DNA of 30,642 bases from Candidatus Firestoneibacteriota bacterium (GCA_043822305.1 JBDRBU010000102.1:1-30642), one strand, 5' to 3'; shown: positions 1 to 11,025, counted from the first letter of the stretch. Made by a program: numbers and translations. The notes: a model not told the origin generated them from the sequence alone.

Positions 1-162
1 GATAAAATACACAGTGAAGAATTGAACTGTAAAAAGGTCAATATCCTAACCTTAAATTAGGATAAATTCAAATTAAAGGAGGCTTCAGGCAAAGGTAGAA
101 ATATTAAATAAATTTTCTACAATCAAACCTGAAGAACCGTATATTACATTTATGGAGAGTTT

Positions 163-1323
163 ATGCATAAAAAAATATTTTTGTTTTTCTTGTTAAGTTT
201 GTTTTTTGGTTGTGCCGTTAAACAAGAAGTTGTAAAACCAACTGAAATGCCTGCCCAGGAAGAAAAGTTTATTGAAGTTGAGGCAGAAGCAGAGATTGTT
301 CCTACACAGGAGAATCTTCTAATTACAAAAAGAGATGGTTTAGAAGCCGCAAAAAGAAAAGCAGTAGAAAAAGCAGTTGGTGTTTATGTTACAGGACAGA
401 TGATGGTGTCTAAAGCAGTGTTACTTCACGATAAGATATTCAGTAAAACGGCTGGTTATATAAAGGATTATAAGGTTGTTTCCGAGGGGATGGCGGGTGA
501 GTTTTACAAGACAAAGATTTGGGCAAAAGTAAAAATGGGGGATATAAAAAATGACATAGATGCTTTAGAACTTATGATTAAAACAACCGCCGGGAATCCC
601 AGGGTTGTTGTTATTATTGATGAAGAAGTAGATGGAGTACTGTCTGGAACATCAAATGCTGAGACAAATATTATTGGACAGTTGCTTAATAGTAATTACC
701 GTGTTGTTGACCAGGAACAGTTAGAAAAGATTAAAGAAGAAGATACATTAAAAGCAGCTGTCTTAGGTGATGAAAAAGCAGCATCAATTATAGGTAAAAA
801 ATTCGAGGCTGAAATTGCTGTTATAGGGAAAATAAAAAGTACAGTTAAAGAAGTAGAACCGGCTGGTGTTAAATTTATCCAGTGTAATTCTGATTTAAAT
901 GTTAAGGTTATAAAAGTTTCGACAGGCGATTTGTTGTTTTCGTTTGCTAAAAATTGCAGACAGAATGATATTACAAAAGAGATGGCTGTAAGTACAGCTA
1001 ACACTAAATTAGCTGAAATAGCCGGCAAAGAATTTGTTAGTAGTATTGCTGAAAAACTTACAGAGAGCAACATTATTAAAATAACTATTTCTGGGATTTC
1101 TTCAATAAATATACTTGAAGATTTTAAGAAGTTTTTAAGATCGTATGAAAGTGTAACCGAAGTAACTGTTCGTTCTTTTGTAGAAGATACGGCCGAAATA
1201 GAATTAGATGTTGTGTATGGAACTGCTCCTGATTTTGCATCTCGTCTGGGCAAGGCAAAGAAGTGGGATATAAAAATAATAGAAGTAGGCGGTCATAGTA
1301 TTATTGCAGAAATTAAAAAGTGA
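163..1323 (+). CDS. Lipoprotein, FlgT N-terminal/LPP20-like plus CsgG-like domains
   Basis: Signal peptide with lipobox LFFG-C; 'A.EAAKRKAVEKAVGVYV' helix typical of FlgT-N/LPP20; 'PRVVV...YRVVDQ...AEIAVIG' resembles CsgG/TolB-N. Confidence 0.65.
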   Translation: MHKKIFLFFLLSLFFGCAVKQEVVKPTEMPAQEEKFIEVEAEAEIVPTQENLLITKRDGLEAAKRKAVEKAVGVYVTGQMMVSKAVLLHDKIFSKTAGYIKDYKVVSEGMAGEFYKTKIWAKVKMGDIKNDIDALELMIKTTAGNPRVVVIIDEEVDGVLSGTSNAETNIIGQLLNSNYRVVDQEQLEKIKEEDTLKAAVLGDEKAASIIGKKFEAEIAVIGKIKSTVKEVEPAGVKFIQCNSDLNVKVIKVSTGDLLFSFAKNCRQNDITKEMAVSTANTKLAEIAGKEFVSSIAEKLTESNIIKITISGISSINILEDFKKFLRSYESVTEVTVRSFVEDTAEIELDVVYGTAPDFASRLGKAKKWDIKIIEVGGHSIIAEIKK

Positions 1324-1330
1324 GGTCTGG

Positions 1331-1567
1331 ATGTCTGAACCAAAAAATATAAGAGAAGTGCATGAATTACTAAGAAGGATGCAAGAAAACAAAAAAGTAG
1401 ACCCAGAGGAAGTAGTTTATTATTTAAAAAATGCTTTGTTTGAAAAAAACAGTCACGGTATCTGGATAAAAAGAGAAGAGGATAGTGAAACTTCTGCACT
1501 TTCTGTTGTAAAAATTGACCACGAAAAAGAATTGGTAGCACTTCGTCTGAATGCTGAAAAAAAGTAA
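1331..1567 (+). CDS. Small hypothetical protein
   Basis: GAGG RBS before ATG 1331; tightly packed between neighbouring genes. Confidence 0.6.
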   Translation: MSEPKNIREVHELLRRMQENKKVDPEEVVYYLKNALFEKNSHGIWIKREEDSETSALSVVKIDHEKELVALRLNAEKK

Positions 1568-1570
1568 TTT

Positions 1571-3247
1571 ATGATAAGACTAATCCTTTGTTTTAGTATT
1601 ACCTGGTTCTTAATTTCTAATCCTGCCTATTCTTTAACCGGTTGGACAGATGTTAAACAAATAACTAATACTACAGGAACAATTGATAGTTTTAGTTGTC
1701 AGATTAATCCTGATAATGGAAATATATATTTTGTGTTTGCAGATGATAGTGGAGTTCCTAATAAAAATGGTATTTTTATTAAAAGAAGCATGACTAATGG
1801 TAAAACATTGGAGAATCCATATTTTGTATCACCCTTAAATGTAAATTCAATAAATCCAGCAGTTTATTCTAAAAATAATTATGTGTATTTATGTTGGCAG
1901 GATAATAGGGATAATATATGTCAGATATTTTTTAAGAAAAGTTTAGATAATGGAGTTACCTGGGAAAGTGATATCCAGATAAGTGATGGAACAACTGATT
2001 CTTCAAAGATGGACTTAATCTTAGATTCTTCAGATGCTCTTCATATCATATGGATAAATAATGGAGAAGTTAAATATAAAAAGGGATTTAATAATGGTAT
2101 TAACTGGTCAGATGTTAAAACTATAAATAGTGGAAGTTGTGATGCTCCTAAGATTTTAATAGTTAATAATGAGCCATATATTTTCTGGCAGGCTGGTTCA
2201 CCGTCTATTATAAAGTACTGTAAAAGTTCTGATGGTGGATTAAATTGGAGTGATCCTTGTTCTATTTCTTCTTCAAATGCTTCTCTTGTCTCAGTTGCAT
2301 CTGATAGTAAAAATAATATATATGCTGTCTGGCAGCAGGATAATAAAATTTATTTTAGAAAATATGAAAATGGTAGTTGGTTTTCAGGGATAAGCATTAA
2401 TACATCAGGAATAGCAAAGTTCCCATCCATTACAGTTGATTCTAATGATAATATTCATATCTGTTGGATAGATGATAGGGATGTTTTAAATAAGATTTAT
2501 TATACTAATAGTAGTGATAAAGGAAGCACCTTTATCCATGAAATTCCGTTAAATACAGTTTCTGTTACGGGTAGTATTGCTCTTATTTCTTATTCTTTGA
2601 ATTTGCATTTATTCTGGAAAGATGGAAGTCAAGTATATTACAGGATGGAAGATGTTACCTCGCCATCTTTAATTTTAAGTAGCGAGACACATAAGGTTGA
2701 TATAAAAAGTAGTAATAATAGCCCAGAGTTTACCTGGCAGGCAGAAGATAATGCTGGTGGGATAGGCATAGCCGGATTTAGTTATGTCTTTGATAAAAAT
2801 GATGGAACAGTTCCTCCGGCTATAGTTAACTATTCCGGGAGCTCAATCTCATTTCCTTATACAGAAAATGGAACATATTTTTTTCATATAAGAAGTGTTG
2901 ATGAATTAAATAACTGGAGTGAGACATTTCAGTATGAAGTTATAGTAGATAATGATACTCTTTTACCCAGAGAAGAAATCTGGTGTCAGCCAAATCCGGT
3001 TAAAAGTAGCAAACCAAATATAAGATATTTTTTAGCGAAAGATTCATACATAACTATAACATTATATAATGAGGCTGGAGAGAAAATAACTTCTATGGAT
3101 AAAGAAGGGAATGTGGGTGTAAATAATGAGACTACCATTGATATGTCCAACTATGCAAATGGTCTGTATTTTTATAAGATTAATGCAAAAGATAAACTAA
3201 CAGGTAGTTCGGAAGAATTTGTAAAAAAATTAATATTATTGAGGTAA
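1571..3247 (+). CDS. Secreted BNR/Asp-box (sialidase-like beta-propeller) protein with T9SS type A-like C-terminal sorting domain
   Basis: Signal peptide; Asp-box motifs SLDNGVTW, SSDGGLNW, SSDKGSTF; C-terminus 'QPNP...ITLYNEAGEKI...NGLYFYKI...KKLILLR'. Confidence 0.8.
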   Translation: MIRLILCFSITWFLISNPAYSLTGWTDVKQITNTTGTIDSFSCQINPDNGNIYFVFADDSGVPNKNGIFIKRSMTNGKTLENPYFVSPLNVNSINPAVYSKNNYVYLCWQDNRDNICQIFFKKSLDNGVTWESDIQISDGTTDSSKMDLILDSSDALHIIWINNGEVKYKKGFNNGINWSDVKTINSGSCDAPKILIVNNEPYIFWQAGSPSIIKYCKSSDGGLNWSDPCSISSSNASLVSVASDSKNNIYAVWQQDNKIYFRKYENGSWFSGISINTSGIAKFPSITVDSNDNIHICWIDDRDVLNKIYYTNSSDKGSTFIHEIPLNTVSVTGSIALISYSLNLHLFWKDGSQVYYRMEDVTSPSLILSSETHKVDIKSSNNSPEFTWQAEDNAGGIGIAGFSYVFDKNDGTVPPAIVNYSGSSISFPYTENGTYFFHIRSVDELNNWSETFQYEVIVDNDTLLPREEIWCQPNPVKSSKPNIRYFLAKDSYITITLYNEAGEKITSMDKEGNVGVNNETTIDMSNYANGLYFYKINAKDKLTGSSEEFVKKLILLR

Positions 3248-3250
3248 AAC

Positions 3251-4999
3251 ATGAGATTAAATTATGGTGTAATGTTTTTTACAGTGCAGAAAAGTATAAA
3301 AAATATAGAAAATAAAATATGGTGTCTGTCCCTATTTATTCTACTAAATTTTTCTTTAAGTACTAATTATAATATTTGTTTAGAAGGAGAAGATTCTAAT
3401 AAGGAGGCAGGGTTGTCTTCAAGCAATTACAAGTTGGATAGCAAGTTAGCACCTGCTTTTATTACGGAGAGTATCTCTACAAATTACATTGTTAAAAATG
3501 GTTTTTTTCAGACAATAAACATTGATTTAATTTCACCACCTCCTGTTATCAATTTAAATGCACAGACTTTAGATGATGGGAATATAAAATTAAGTTGGAC
3601 ACAGGTTGTAGATGATGAAAGTTTTATTAAAAATTATAGAATATATAGAAGTCCAGTCAAAGGGAAGTTTAATGAATTTATCAGTGAAATAGATAGTAAT
3701 GAATGGACAGATAATAGTGGTTTAATATATGGAGTTACTTATTATTACAAAGTTCAGGCAGTTGATGTTGCCGGGAATGAGCAAGGCACTGGTAATACTA
3801 TTGTAACTGGACTATCAAAAAGTTTAAGTTCTTCAGTAACGACATTAGTTGCTTCTTCTAAACTAAATGGAGACATAGAATTAAGATGGAATGAAATTCC
3901 TTTAATTAGTTATTATAGGGTATACCGTTCAAATTCATATGGGGAAAAAGGCACCCAAGTAAATGCAGATGGTGTTACTTTAACCGGTTATTATATGGAT
4001 ACCACGGCCAATGGAATAATAAATGGCAATAGGTACTACTATACAATTAAAGTAGTTCAAGTAGCTGATGATGTTAATAATGAGCAAGATAAAGGCAACA
4101 ATCAATCTTCCGCAGCATGTGATTCTTCTATACCTACATCTCCAAAGATAAGTTCATCAACACATCCAGATAATAAAAATAATATCAACAATTTTCCGGG
4201 ATTTAATTGGATAGAATCAGTTGACCCTAATTTCACGACAGGTGGAGGAACAGGAATTAAAGGATATTATTATGCTTTAAGTTTAAATTCTAAAGAAGAT
4301 TATAATAATTCATGGAGTTTTACTCCAAGTTTAGAAGCAAAGTTTAGCAATGTTGAGGATGGCCACTGGTATTTTTGTCTGGTTGGAATAGATAATGCAG
4401 GAAATATTAGTAATGTTTCAAGATATGAAATTTCTATAATTACAAAAGGTATTTTTAAAGGCACTATTTTTGATAATGATGGTGTTACTCCTTTAAAAGA
4501 TATAAAAATTGACCTTTTTAAAGGGGGAAAACAAATAGCTTCGACAAGGACAGATTTAAAAGGTAATTTTATTTTTGAGAAAGTTGAGTTTGGGAATTAT
4601 AAAATCAGGATATTTAAGCCGGGATTTACTCCTTTTGAAACTGAAGAACTTAGTTTAAATAAAGATAATAATGTTGTTTGTGTTAGTAAATCTTTTAATA
4701 ACCCGCAAAATGTTAATATTGGAGATGTGGCGAGTTATCCTAATCCAGCTAAAGGTGATACTATAACTTTTGTGTATTATGTAGAAAAATCTTGTTCTGT
4801 TTATATTGATATATACAACTCGCTCGGAGAAAAAATTATTACTTTAGAAGATACTCAAACTATTACTGGTTTTCGTGAAACTCCATGGGTAATGACAGGT
4901 ATTTCGACAGGAGTATATCTTTATTCTATAAAACTAAGAGAGAATGATTCTGGAAATCTTATAAAATTTCCAATTAAAAAGTTATCGGTAATCAAATGA
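3251..4999 (+). CDS. Secreted fibronectin type III / carboxypeptidase-regulatory-like protein with T9SS-like C-terminal domain (start uncertain)
   Basis: FN3 motifs 'LSW...YRIYRS...YYYKVQAVD.AGNE'; 'TDLKGNFIF..V.FGNYKI'; C-terminus 'SYPNP...IYNSLGEKI...TGVYLY...KKLSVIK'. Confidence 0.8.
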   Translation: MRLNYGVMFFTVQKSIKNIENKIWCLSLFILLNFSLSTNYNICLEGEDSNKEAGLSSSNYKLDSKLAPAFITESISTNYIVKNGFFQTINIDLISPPPVINLNAQTLDDGNIKLSWTQVVDDESFIKNYRIYRSPVKGKFNEFISEIDSNEWTDNSGLIYGVTYYYKVQAVDVAGNEQGTGNTIVTGLSKSLSSSVTTLVASSKLNGDIELRWNEIPLISYYRVYRSNSYGEKGTQVNADGVTLTGYYMDTTANGIINGNRYYYTIKVVQVADDVNNEQDKGNNQSSAACDSSIPTSPKISSSTHPDNKNNINNFPGFNWIESVDPNFTTGGGTGIKGYYYALSLNSKEDYNNSWSFTPSLEAKFSNVEDGHWYFCLVGIDNAGNISNVSRYEISIITKGIFKGTIFDNDGVTPLKDIKIDLFKGGKQIASTRTDLKGNFIFEKVEFGNYKIRIFKPGFTPFETEELSLNKDNNVVCVSKSFNNPQNVNIGDVASYPNPAKGDTITFVYYVEKSCSVYIDIYNSLGEKIITLEDTQTITGFRETPWVMTGISTGVYLYSIKLRENDSGNLIKFPIKKLSVIK

Positions 5000-5880
5000 A
5001 AAAAATAATATTTTTGATACTATTTTTAATTTTAAATGCCTATGCCGACAATATGGGTGAAGAACTTTCTGTTATTCCACATTTAAGAATGGGGGTTGGA
5101 GCAAGAGCCTTAGGTCTGGGCGGTGCTTTTGTGGGACTGGCTGATGATGCTACAACTACTTATTGGAATCCAGCAGGTCTGGGCAGAATAAGTATTTACA
5201 AGACTCATATTTCTGCCATGTATACAAAAATGAGTTATGACAGGATGTATAATTTTTTAAGTATATATGATCGAGGGGATTATGGTGGGGTAGGATTAAA
5301 CTGGAATAATTTTATGGTGGATAATATTGAAGAAAGAGACGAAAGCGGTGAATTAAAAAGTTTATTTAATTATTCAGTAAATACTTTTACAGTTTCATAT
5401 GGAAATAGCATATTGGATAATTTTAAAGCGGGGTTAAATTTAAAGTATTATTATATTAAAACAGGGAGTAGTGATGCCAAAGGATTGGGTTTTGATATTG
5501 GAACTTTATATAAGCCATTTGGTCCATTATTTCAAATTGGTTTAGTAATTCAAGATGTTAATTTTGGGATTTACTGGAATACTGGAAAAAGGGATGTGAT
5601 CTATCCAGTAGTAAAATGTGGGTTTTCTTACAATATTATTTATGAAAAGTTTATTGTTGTGGCTGATATTGAAAAACCTTTTAACACGGGATTTAAAACT
5701 CATTTTGGCACCGAGTATTGGTTGAATGAATATTTTGGAATAAGAGGGGGTTTGTCAGAAGTAAATTTAACAGCTGGACTTAGTTTTAAAATTACAAATT
5801 ATCAAGTGGATTATTCGTATTTACTTGATAATAACAATCTGGGAGATATTCACAGATTTTCTGCTTTGGCATATTTTTAG
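4996..5880 (+). CDS. porV: PorV/PorQ (UPF0164) family outer-membrane beta-barrel
   Basis: Signature GVGARALGLGGAFVGLADDATTTYWNPAGL; C-terminal 'HRFS...YF'. Confidence 0.8.
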   Translation: MKKIIFLILFLILNAYADNMGEELSVIPHLRMGVGARALGLGGAFVGLADDATTTYWNPAGLGRISIYKTHISAMYTKMSYDRMYNFLSIYDRGDYGGVGLNWNNFMVDNIEERDESGELKSLFNYSVNTFTVSYGNSILDNFKAGLNLKYYYIKTGSSDAKGLGFDIGTLYKPFGPLFQIGLVIQDVNFGIYWNTGKRDVIYPVVKCGFSYNIIYEKFIVVADIEKPFNTGFKTHFGTEYWLNEYFGIRGGLSEVNLTAGLSFKITNYQVDYSYLLDNNNLGDIHRFSALAYF

Positions 5881-5888
5881 GTTATGAT

Positions 5889-5979
5889 TAGTAAATAGTC
5901 AGTGAAAGCCGTGAGGATTATATTCCCCCTTTATTAAGGGGGAATTAAAAAATAGATGGTTTTCACTGAATACTTACTA
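5889..5979. repeat. Nested palindromic element: GTAA-N4-TCAGT...ACTGA-N4-TTAC outer arms enclosing a CCCCCTTTATTAAGGGGG hairpin
   Basis: TAGTAAATAGTCAGTGAAAGCCGT pairs imperfectly with ATGGTTTTCACTGAATACTTACTA; inner hairpin at 5922-5945. Confidence 0.65.
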
Positions 5980-6434
5980 TGATTAAATGGAAGAAGTTAA
6001 ATATAAAAAGGATTTTTAGATATATTTATCTTAAATTAGTCAGGACTAATGATACACCGCCAAAGGTTGCTCTGGGAGTGGCTATAGGTGTATTTCTGGG
6101 TGTTTTCCCAACATTTGGAGTGGGGTTAATTTTAGCTTATTTTTTTGCGTGGTTATTAAAAGTCAATAAAGCGGCTGCCGTATTAGGTGGTTTGATCATG
6201 AATCCCATGACAACACCATTTTTTTGGGGTATCTCCGCTTTAATTGGTGTTACAATTACTGGAGGTAGTAAGGAAGTTATTTTAAGTGAGATAAGTTCAG
6301 GAAGTATTTTTAAGGCAGCAGGACATAGTTTTTTAGTATACATAATAGGTAATTTGATAGTTTCTATAATTTTTAGTATAATATCATACTATATTACTCT
6401 TGAAATTCTAAAAAGAAGAAGGTATAATAAATAG
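5979..6434 (+). CDS. DUF2062 family membrane protein
   Basis: 'DTPPKVALGVAIGVFLGVFPTFG...VNKAAAVLG...NPMT.PF' motif. Confidence 0.85.
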   Translation: MIKWKKLNIKRIFRYIYLKLVRTNDTPPKVALGVAIGVFLGVFPTFGVGLILAYFFAWLLKVNKAAAVLGGLIMNPMTTPFFWGISALIGVTITGGSKEVILSEISSGSIFKAAGHSFLVYIIGNLIVSIIFSIISYYITLEILKRRRYNK

Positions 6435-6478
6435 GGACTTGAATGTAAGCAGATACCTATTTATTTGCGATTACAATA

Positions 6479-6502
6479 CGCAGGCTAAAGCCTGCGACTA
6501 CC
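6479..6502 (-). repeat. GTAG-type REP sequence (singlet)
   Basis: CGCAGGCTAAAGCCTGCG-ACTACC; same family as the doublet at 18524-18580. Confidence 0.75.
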
Positions 6503-6544
6503 AATTGTTACCAATGCATTACAAATTTTTTATTGGAGGTAATT

Positions 6545-7531
6545 ATGAAGAAAATATTGTTGTTTGCTGGAATTGTTTTTGCATTTTTTGGTTGTTCAAA
6601 GGATCTGGAAAGGAGTAATCCACTTGATCCTAATAGTAATCTATTTCCACCAGGGCAAACCAATAATCAAATCATAGAAGGTAAGGTTTTAGATAATAGT
6701 ACTATGATGACAATTCCGAATGCACAAGTTACAACTGACCCGGCAACAAAAACTGTAATGAGTAATGATACGGGAAATTATCAGATAACAGATGTAACCC
6801 CGGGTAATTATACTTTAAAAGCAACTGCACCCTGGTTTGCACAGTATACTTCAAACAGTTTTAATGTTACATCTACGCAAAAATTTGTTATGGATATTGT
6901 TATGAATACTAATATTGTTTTTCAAGAAACATTTAATGCTTATACGCCCGGTCTAATTCCACCTAATCCACCCTGGTTTTCATATTGGCAAGGTGGGAGT
7001 ATATTTGTTGAAGTTCCACCACCACCGGAGCAATTTACATATGGTTGTAAGTTGTATAGTGGTAATACAGCATCAGATTATGCTCGAATTACAACGAGTT
7101 TTAGTAGTGGTCCTGCATTTAAAGTAGTTTGTAAAATGTTAGCAGATATCTATAATAGTGCAGCAGGTAAAATGAGAATTAAATTATTAGATATAAATGG
7201 TACTCCCATAATAGAATTTGGATTTGCGGATGGTGGTGCTATGCTTGGGGTTGGGTATGATACTCCTGCAATATCCATGAATAAAGATATTACATTATCT
7301 TTGTTAACAGGTACTTATTATTTCTTTATAATTGAAGCGGATAATGTAAGTAATACAGTGAATTTTTATGTGAAAGATAAAAATAACACTCTCATTCGTG
7401 AGTACAAAAATATACCTATATGGCCATCTTCTGCTTTAGATTTTAAAAGTTTTTCTGCAGAAATAGGATGTGATGTTGCTACAATTTACGCGAATGGATA
7501 TATTGATGATATTATTATAACAAAAAAATAG
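6545..7531 (+). CDS. Lipoprotein with carboxypeptidase-regulatory-like (prealbumin-fold) domain and C-terminal beta-sandwich
   Basis: GGAGGT RBS before ATG 6545; lipobox FFG-C; 'IEGKVLD...IPNAQV...GNYQITDVTPGNYTLKA'. Confidence 0.75.
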   Translation: MKKILLFAGIVFAFFGCSKDLERSNPLDPNSNLFPPGQTNNQIIEGKVLDNSTMMTIPNAQVTTDPATKTVMSNDTGNYQITDVTPGNYTLKATAPWFAQYTSNSFNVTSTQKFVMDIVMNTNIVFQETFNAYTPGLIPPNPPWFSYWQGGSIFVEVPPPPEQFTYGCKLYSGNTASDYARITTSFSSGPAFKVVCKMLADIYNSAAGKMRIKLLDINGTPIIEFGFADGGAMLGVGYDTPAISMNKDITLSLLTGTYYFFIIEADNVSNTVNFYVKDKNNTLIREYKNIPIWPSSALDFKSFSAEIGCDVATIYANGYIDDIIITKK

Positions 7532-7546
7532 GGACAGATACCTATT
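7526..7546 (+). repeat. AAATAGGGACAGATACCTATT dispersed palindromic repeat
   Basis: Related copies at 6429-6462 (with a 12-bp insert), 9941-9956 and 16614-16629 (minus strand). Confidence 0.65.
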
Positions 7547-7562
7547 ATTATGTTATTCAAAA

Positions 7563-8873
7563 ATGAAAAAAGATGTTATAAACATAGGTTTAATTGGTTT
7601 TGGGGTTGTGGGTTCATCTGTGGTTAAAATACTACAATCCAATTCTGCTAAAATTGAAAGCAGAATAGGTGGTAAAATTAATCTAAAATGGATAGCCGAT
7701 AAAGATATTACAACCACCAGAAATATAGAAATTGATAAAAAAATTCTAACCTCAGATGTAAACAAGATATTAAAAGACCAGGATATAGATATTGTCGTAG
7801 AACTTATTGGTGGTCTTGAACCTGCATATAATCTTATTACATCTGCCTTAAAAAACGGGAAACATGTAGTTACGGCAAACAAGGCCGTACTGGCTAAATA
7901 CTGGGAAGAGATAATGACCATAGCCAGAGAAAACAATGTTGATGTTTATATAGAAGCAAGTGTGGGCGCAGGTATCCCTGTTATTCAATCCTTACATGAT
8001 GGATTGGCAGCAAATTATATTAAATCAATATATGGAATTGTAAATGGGACTACCAATTATATGTTAACCAGAATGCTTGAAGAGAAAAAGGATTTTAAAG
8101 AAGTTTTAAAAGATGCTCAAAAGAAAGGTTATGCAGAATCAGATTCCACAAATGATTTGGAAGGGATAGATGCGGCTAACAAGATAGCCATTCTTTCATC
8201 TATTGCTTTTGATACGATAGTAGATGTAGAGGATATATATAGAGAAGGTATAAGTAGAATTACAAAGAAAGATATTTTAGATGCAAAAGAATTAGGTTAT
8301 ATTATAAAACTTCTGGCTATTGCTAAGGATGATGGTCATGAATTGGATGTTAGAGTTCATCCAGCCTTAATATCTTCCGAGCACCAACTTGCTTCTATTG
8401 ATGATAATTATAATGGTATATATATAATTGGTGATGCTGTTGGACCGGTGATGTTTTATGGACAGGGTGCTGGTGGGGATTCGGCTGCGTCAGCAGTTAT
8501 TAGTGATATTATTTACATTGCCAGAAACATAATAAATGGGGTAGCCGGTAAGGTTCCAAGTGTATTTTTTAAGAAAGAAAGGATAAAAAGAAAGATAAAG
8601 TCTATAAGAGAAATAAAATTCAGGTACTTTTTAAGATTTATCGTTGTTGACTATCCAGGAGCACTGGCTTCTATTTCCGGTATATTAGGAAAGTTTAATA
8701 TAAGTATTTCATCAGTTATTCAAAAAGAGCAAAGAAAAGGTAATAAAGTACCAGTTATAATTATGACTTACGAAGCAGAAGAGAAGAATATGAAATTATC
8801 TTTAGAGGAAATAGATAAACTACCTATAATAAAAGAAAAAACTTTTGCAATAAGAATGGAAAAAGGTGAATGA
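7563..8873 (+). CDS. hom: Homoserine dehydrogenase with C-terminal ACT domain
   Basis: [40 protein letters not shown] motifs. Confidence 0.97.
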   Translation: MKKDVINIGLIGFGVVGSSVVKILQSNSAKIESRIGGKINLKWIADKDITTTRNIEIDKKILTSDVNKILKDQDIDIVVELIGGLEPAYNLITSALKNGKHVVTANKAVLAKYWEEIMTIARENNVDVYIEASVGAGIPVIQSLHDGLAANYIKSIYGIVNGTTNYMLTRMLEEKKDFKEVLKDAQKKGYAESDSTNDLEGIDAANKIAILSSIAFDTIVDVEDIYREGISRITKKDILDAKELGYIIKLLAIAKDDGHELDVRVHPALISSEHQLASIDDNYNGIYIIGDAVGPVMFYGQGAGGDSAASAVISDIIYIARNIINGVAGKVPSVFFKKERIKRKIKSIREIKFRYFLRFIVVDYPGALASISGILGKFNISISSVIQKEQRKGNKVPVIIMTYEAEEKNMKLSLEEIDKLPIIKEKTFAIRMEKGE

Positions 8874-9946
8874 AAAAAGAAAGTTTTATTTACAAAGGAA
8901 TAATTGAAAAATATAAAAAGTATTTACCTGTGACAAGTAAGACTCCAGTCATTACCCTTCTTGAAGGAAATACCCCACTCATTCCAGCGGATAATTTGTC
9001 CAGGGCTATAAATAAAGATTTGGAAATATACTTAAAATATGAGGGTGTTAATCCTACGGGCTCGTTTAAAGACCGTGGAATGACCTTGGCCATATCTAAG
9101 GCAAAAGAAGAAGGGGCTAAAGCAGTTATATGTGCTTCAACCGGTAATACTTCTGCATCTGCTTCGGCATATGCGGCCAAAGCCAAGATGAAATGCATAG
9201 TAATATTACCTGAAGGGAAGATTGCCTTAGGTAAATTAGTTCAGGCATTAATGCATGGGGCTGTAGCTTTATCAGTTAAAGGAAATTTTGATGATGCTTT
9301 TAATATTGTAAAAGAGATATCTTCAAAATATAAAATAACATTAGTTAATTCACTAAATCCATACAGGATTGAAGGACAAAAGACGGCGGCTTTTGAGATA
9401 TGTGATATTTTAACGCCAGATTTTCAAGCCATGCCAGTTGGAAATGCAGGAAATATTACAGCCTACTGGAAAGGATATAAGGAATATAAGGAAAGAGGTA
9501 AAATAAATAAGTTGCCTATTATGTTAGGTTTTCAAGCCGAAGGGGCAGCGCCAATTGTTAGAGGTTATCCAATAAAAGATCCAGAGACGATAGCCACAGC
9601 AATCAGGATAGGTAACCCTGCTTCCTGGAAAAAAGCAGAAGAAGCCAGAGATGAATCAAAAGGGCTAATTGATATGGTGAGTGATAAAGAAATTATTTCT
9701 GCTTATAAGATGGTGGCTTCATTAGAAGGAATATTTTGCGAACCAGCCTCTGCGGCTGGAATTGCGGGTGTGATTAAACTAACAAAAAGAGGTTATTTTA
9801 AAAAATATAAAAGTAATAAAAAATTAAAAGTTATATGTATATTAACCGGTCATGGTTTAAAAGATCCTGACAGAGCCATAAAAGTTTCAGATATGCCTAA
9901 AGTAGTTAAGCCAAAAATAGAAGAAATATTGAAGTATATAAAATAG
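8870..9946 (+). CDS. thrC: Threonine synthase
   Basis: [10 protein letters not shown] (PLP lysine), [37 protein letters not shown]. Confidence 0.97.
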   Translation: MKKESFIYKGIIEKYKKYLPVTSKTPVITLLEGNTPLIPADNLSRAINKDLEIYLKYEGVNPTGSFKDRGMTLAISKAKEEGAKAVICASTGNTSASASAYAAKAKMKCIVILPEGKIALGKLVQALMHGAVALSVKGNFDDAFNIVKEISSKYKITLVNSLNPYRIEGQKTAAFEICDILTPDFQAMPVGNAGNITAYWKGYKEYKERGKINKLPIMLGFQAEGAAPIVRGYPIKDPETIATAIRIGNPASWKKAEEARDESKGLIDMVSDKEIISAYKMVASLEGIFCEPASAAGIAGVIKLTKRGYFKKYKSNKKLKVICILTGHGLKDPDRAIKVSDMPKVVKPKIEEILKYIK

Positions 9947-10010
9947 GGACAGATACTTAAAAGAACAACCCCCTAACCCCCTTTATTAAGGGGGAATTAG
10001 TCCCTATTTT
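9941..10010. repeat. Composite palindrome: AAATAGGGAC...GTCCCTATTT arms enclosing AACAACCCCCTAACCCCCTTTATTAAGGGGGAA
   Basis: Read directly; the inner element recurs at 13855-13888 and 5922-5945. Confidence 0.7.
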
Positions 10011-10026
10011 ACCTATTAGGAGTTTT

Positions 10027-10533
10027 ATGGGAATAGTTTTAGATAACATGCCATATGTTGTTGAAAAAATGCCCGGAGGTCAAATTTTATTAACCTCAGT
10101 TGATTGGACTATTAACTGGGCTCGGGCATCTTCTCTTTGGCCACTTACTTTTGGATTGGCTTGTTGTGCCATAGAGATGATGTGTACAAATGTGTCCAGA
10201 TTTGATTTGGATAGATTTGGCGTTTTTCCAAGACCAACACCCCGACAGGCGGATTTAATGATTATCGCTGGAACTTTAACTAAGAAAATGGCTCCAAGAG
10301 TTTTAAGATTGTATGAACAAATGCCGGAGCCTAAATTTGTTATTTCAATGGGAAGTTGTGCGAATACGGGTGGACCATTTTATGATTCGTACTCAGTAGT
10401 TAAAGGTGTTGATAAAGTTATACCAGTTGATGTCTATGTAGCCGGATGCCCTCCCAGACCGGAAAATTTAATCCAGGGAATTTTGAAACTACAAGAAAAA
10501 ATAATGAAAAGAAGCATCAAGAAAAGTAAATAA
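10027..10533 (+). CDS. nuoB: NADH-quinone oxidoreductase subunit B
   Basis: [32 protein letters not shown]. Confidence 0.97.
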   Translation: MGIVLDNMPYVVEKMPGGQILLTSVDWTINWARASSLWPLTFGLACCAIEMMCTNVSRFDLDRFGVFPRPTPRQADLMIIAGTLTKKMAPRVLRLYEQMPEPKFVISMGSCANTGGPFYDSYSVVKGVDKVIPVDVYVAGCPPRPENLIQGILKLQEKIMKRSIKKSK

Positions 10534-10554
10534 AGTAAGGAAAGTAAAGAAAAG

Positions 10555-11025
10555 ATGAATAAACAAGAATTGTTAAGCAATATTAAAACGAAATTTCTTT
10601 TAATTGAAGAATATACATATGCTGAGGGTGTATTCAATGACGGCACTTTAACCTTAAAAGTACCAAAGGAAATTTTGTTGGATTTATGTCTGGAGTTAAA
10701 ACAGAATAAAGAATTCTCTTTTGACTTTTTAATGTGCCTTTCTGGAGTTGACTATATGGATAGATTTGAAGTTGTCTATCATCTATATTCAATGGAATTA
10801 AAACATAAGTTAGTTTTAAAAGTTAGTCTTGATAGACAAAATCCAGAAGTTGATTCGATGGTTCCAGTCTGGTTGGGCGCAGACTGGCCTGAAAGAGAAG
10901 TTTACGATATGTTTGGTATAATATTTAAGGGCCATCCTAATTTAAAAAGAATTTTACTTCCGGAGGATTGGGCTGGATATCCATTAAGGAAGGATTATGC
11001 AAGAGCACCCGATATGTATGACTAA
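10555..11025 (+). CDS. nuoC: NADH-quinone oxidoreductase subunit C
   Basis: W.EREVYDMFGIIFKGHPNLKRILLP..W.GYPLRKDY. Confidence 0.95.
   Translation: MNKQELLSNIKTKFLLIEEYTYAEGVFNDGTLTLKVPKEILLDLCLELKQNKEFSFDFLMCLSGVDYMDRFEVVYHLYSMELKHKLVLKVSLDRQNPEVDSMVPVWLGADWPEREVYDMFGIIFKGHPNLKRILLPEDWAGYPLRKDYARAPDMYD

Noticed and set aside
1..162. Partial gene at the left edge
   Set aside because: Too short to support any call
696..1253. 185-aa minus-strand ORF and the other antisense ORFs over hom, thrC, nuoB, acsE, folC and 26289-28007
   Set aside because: They shadow well-supported opposite-strand genes and have no motifs
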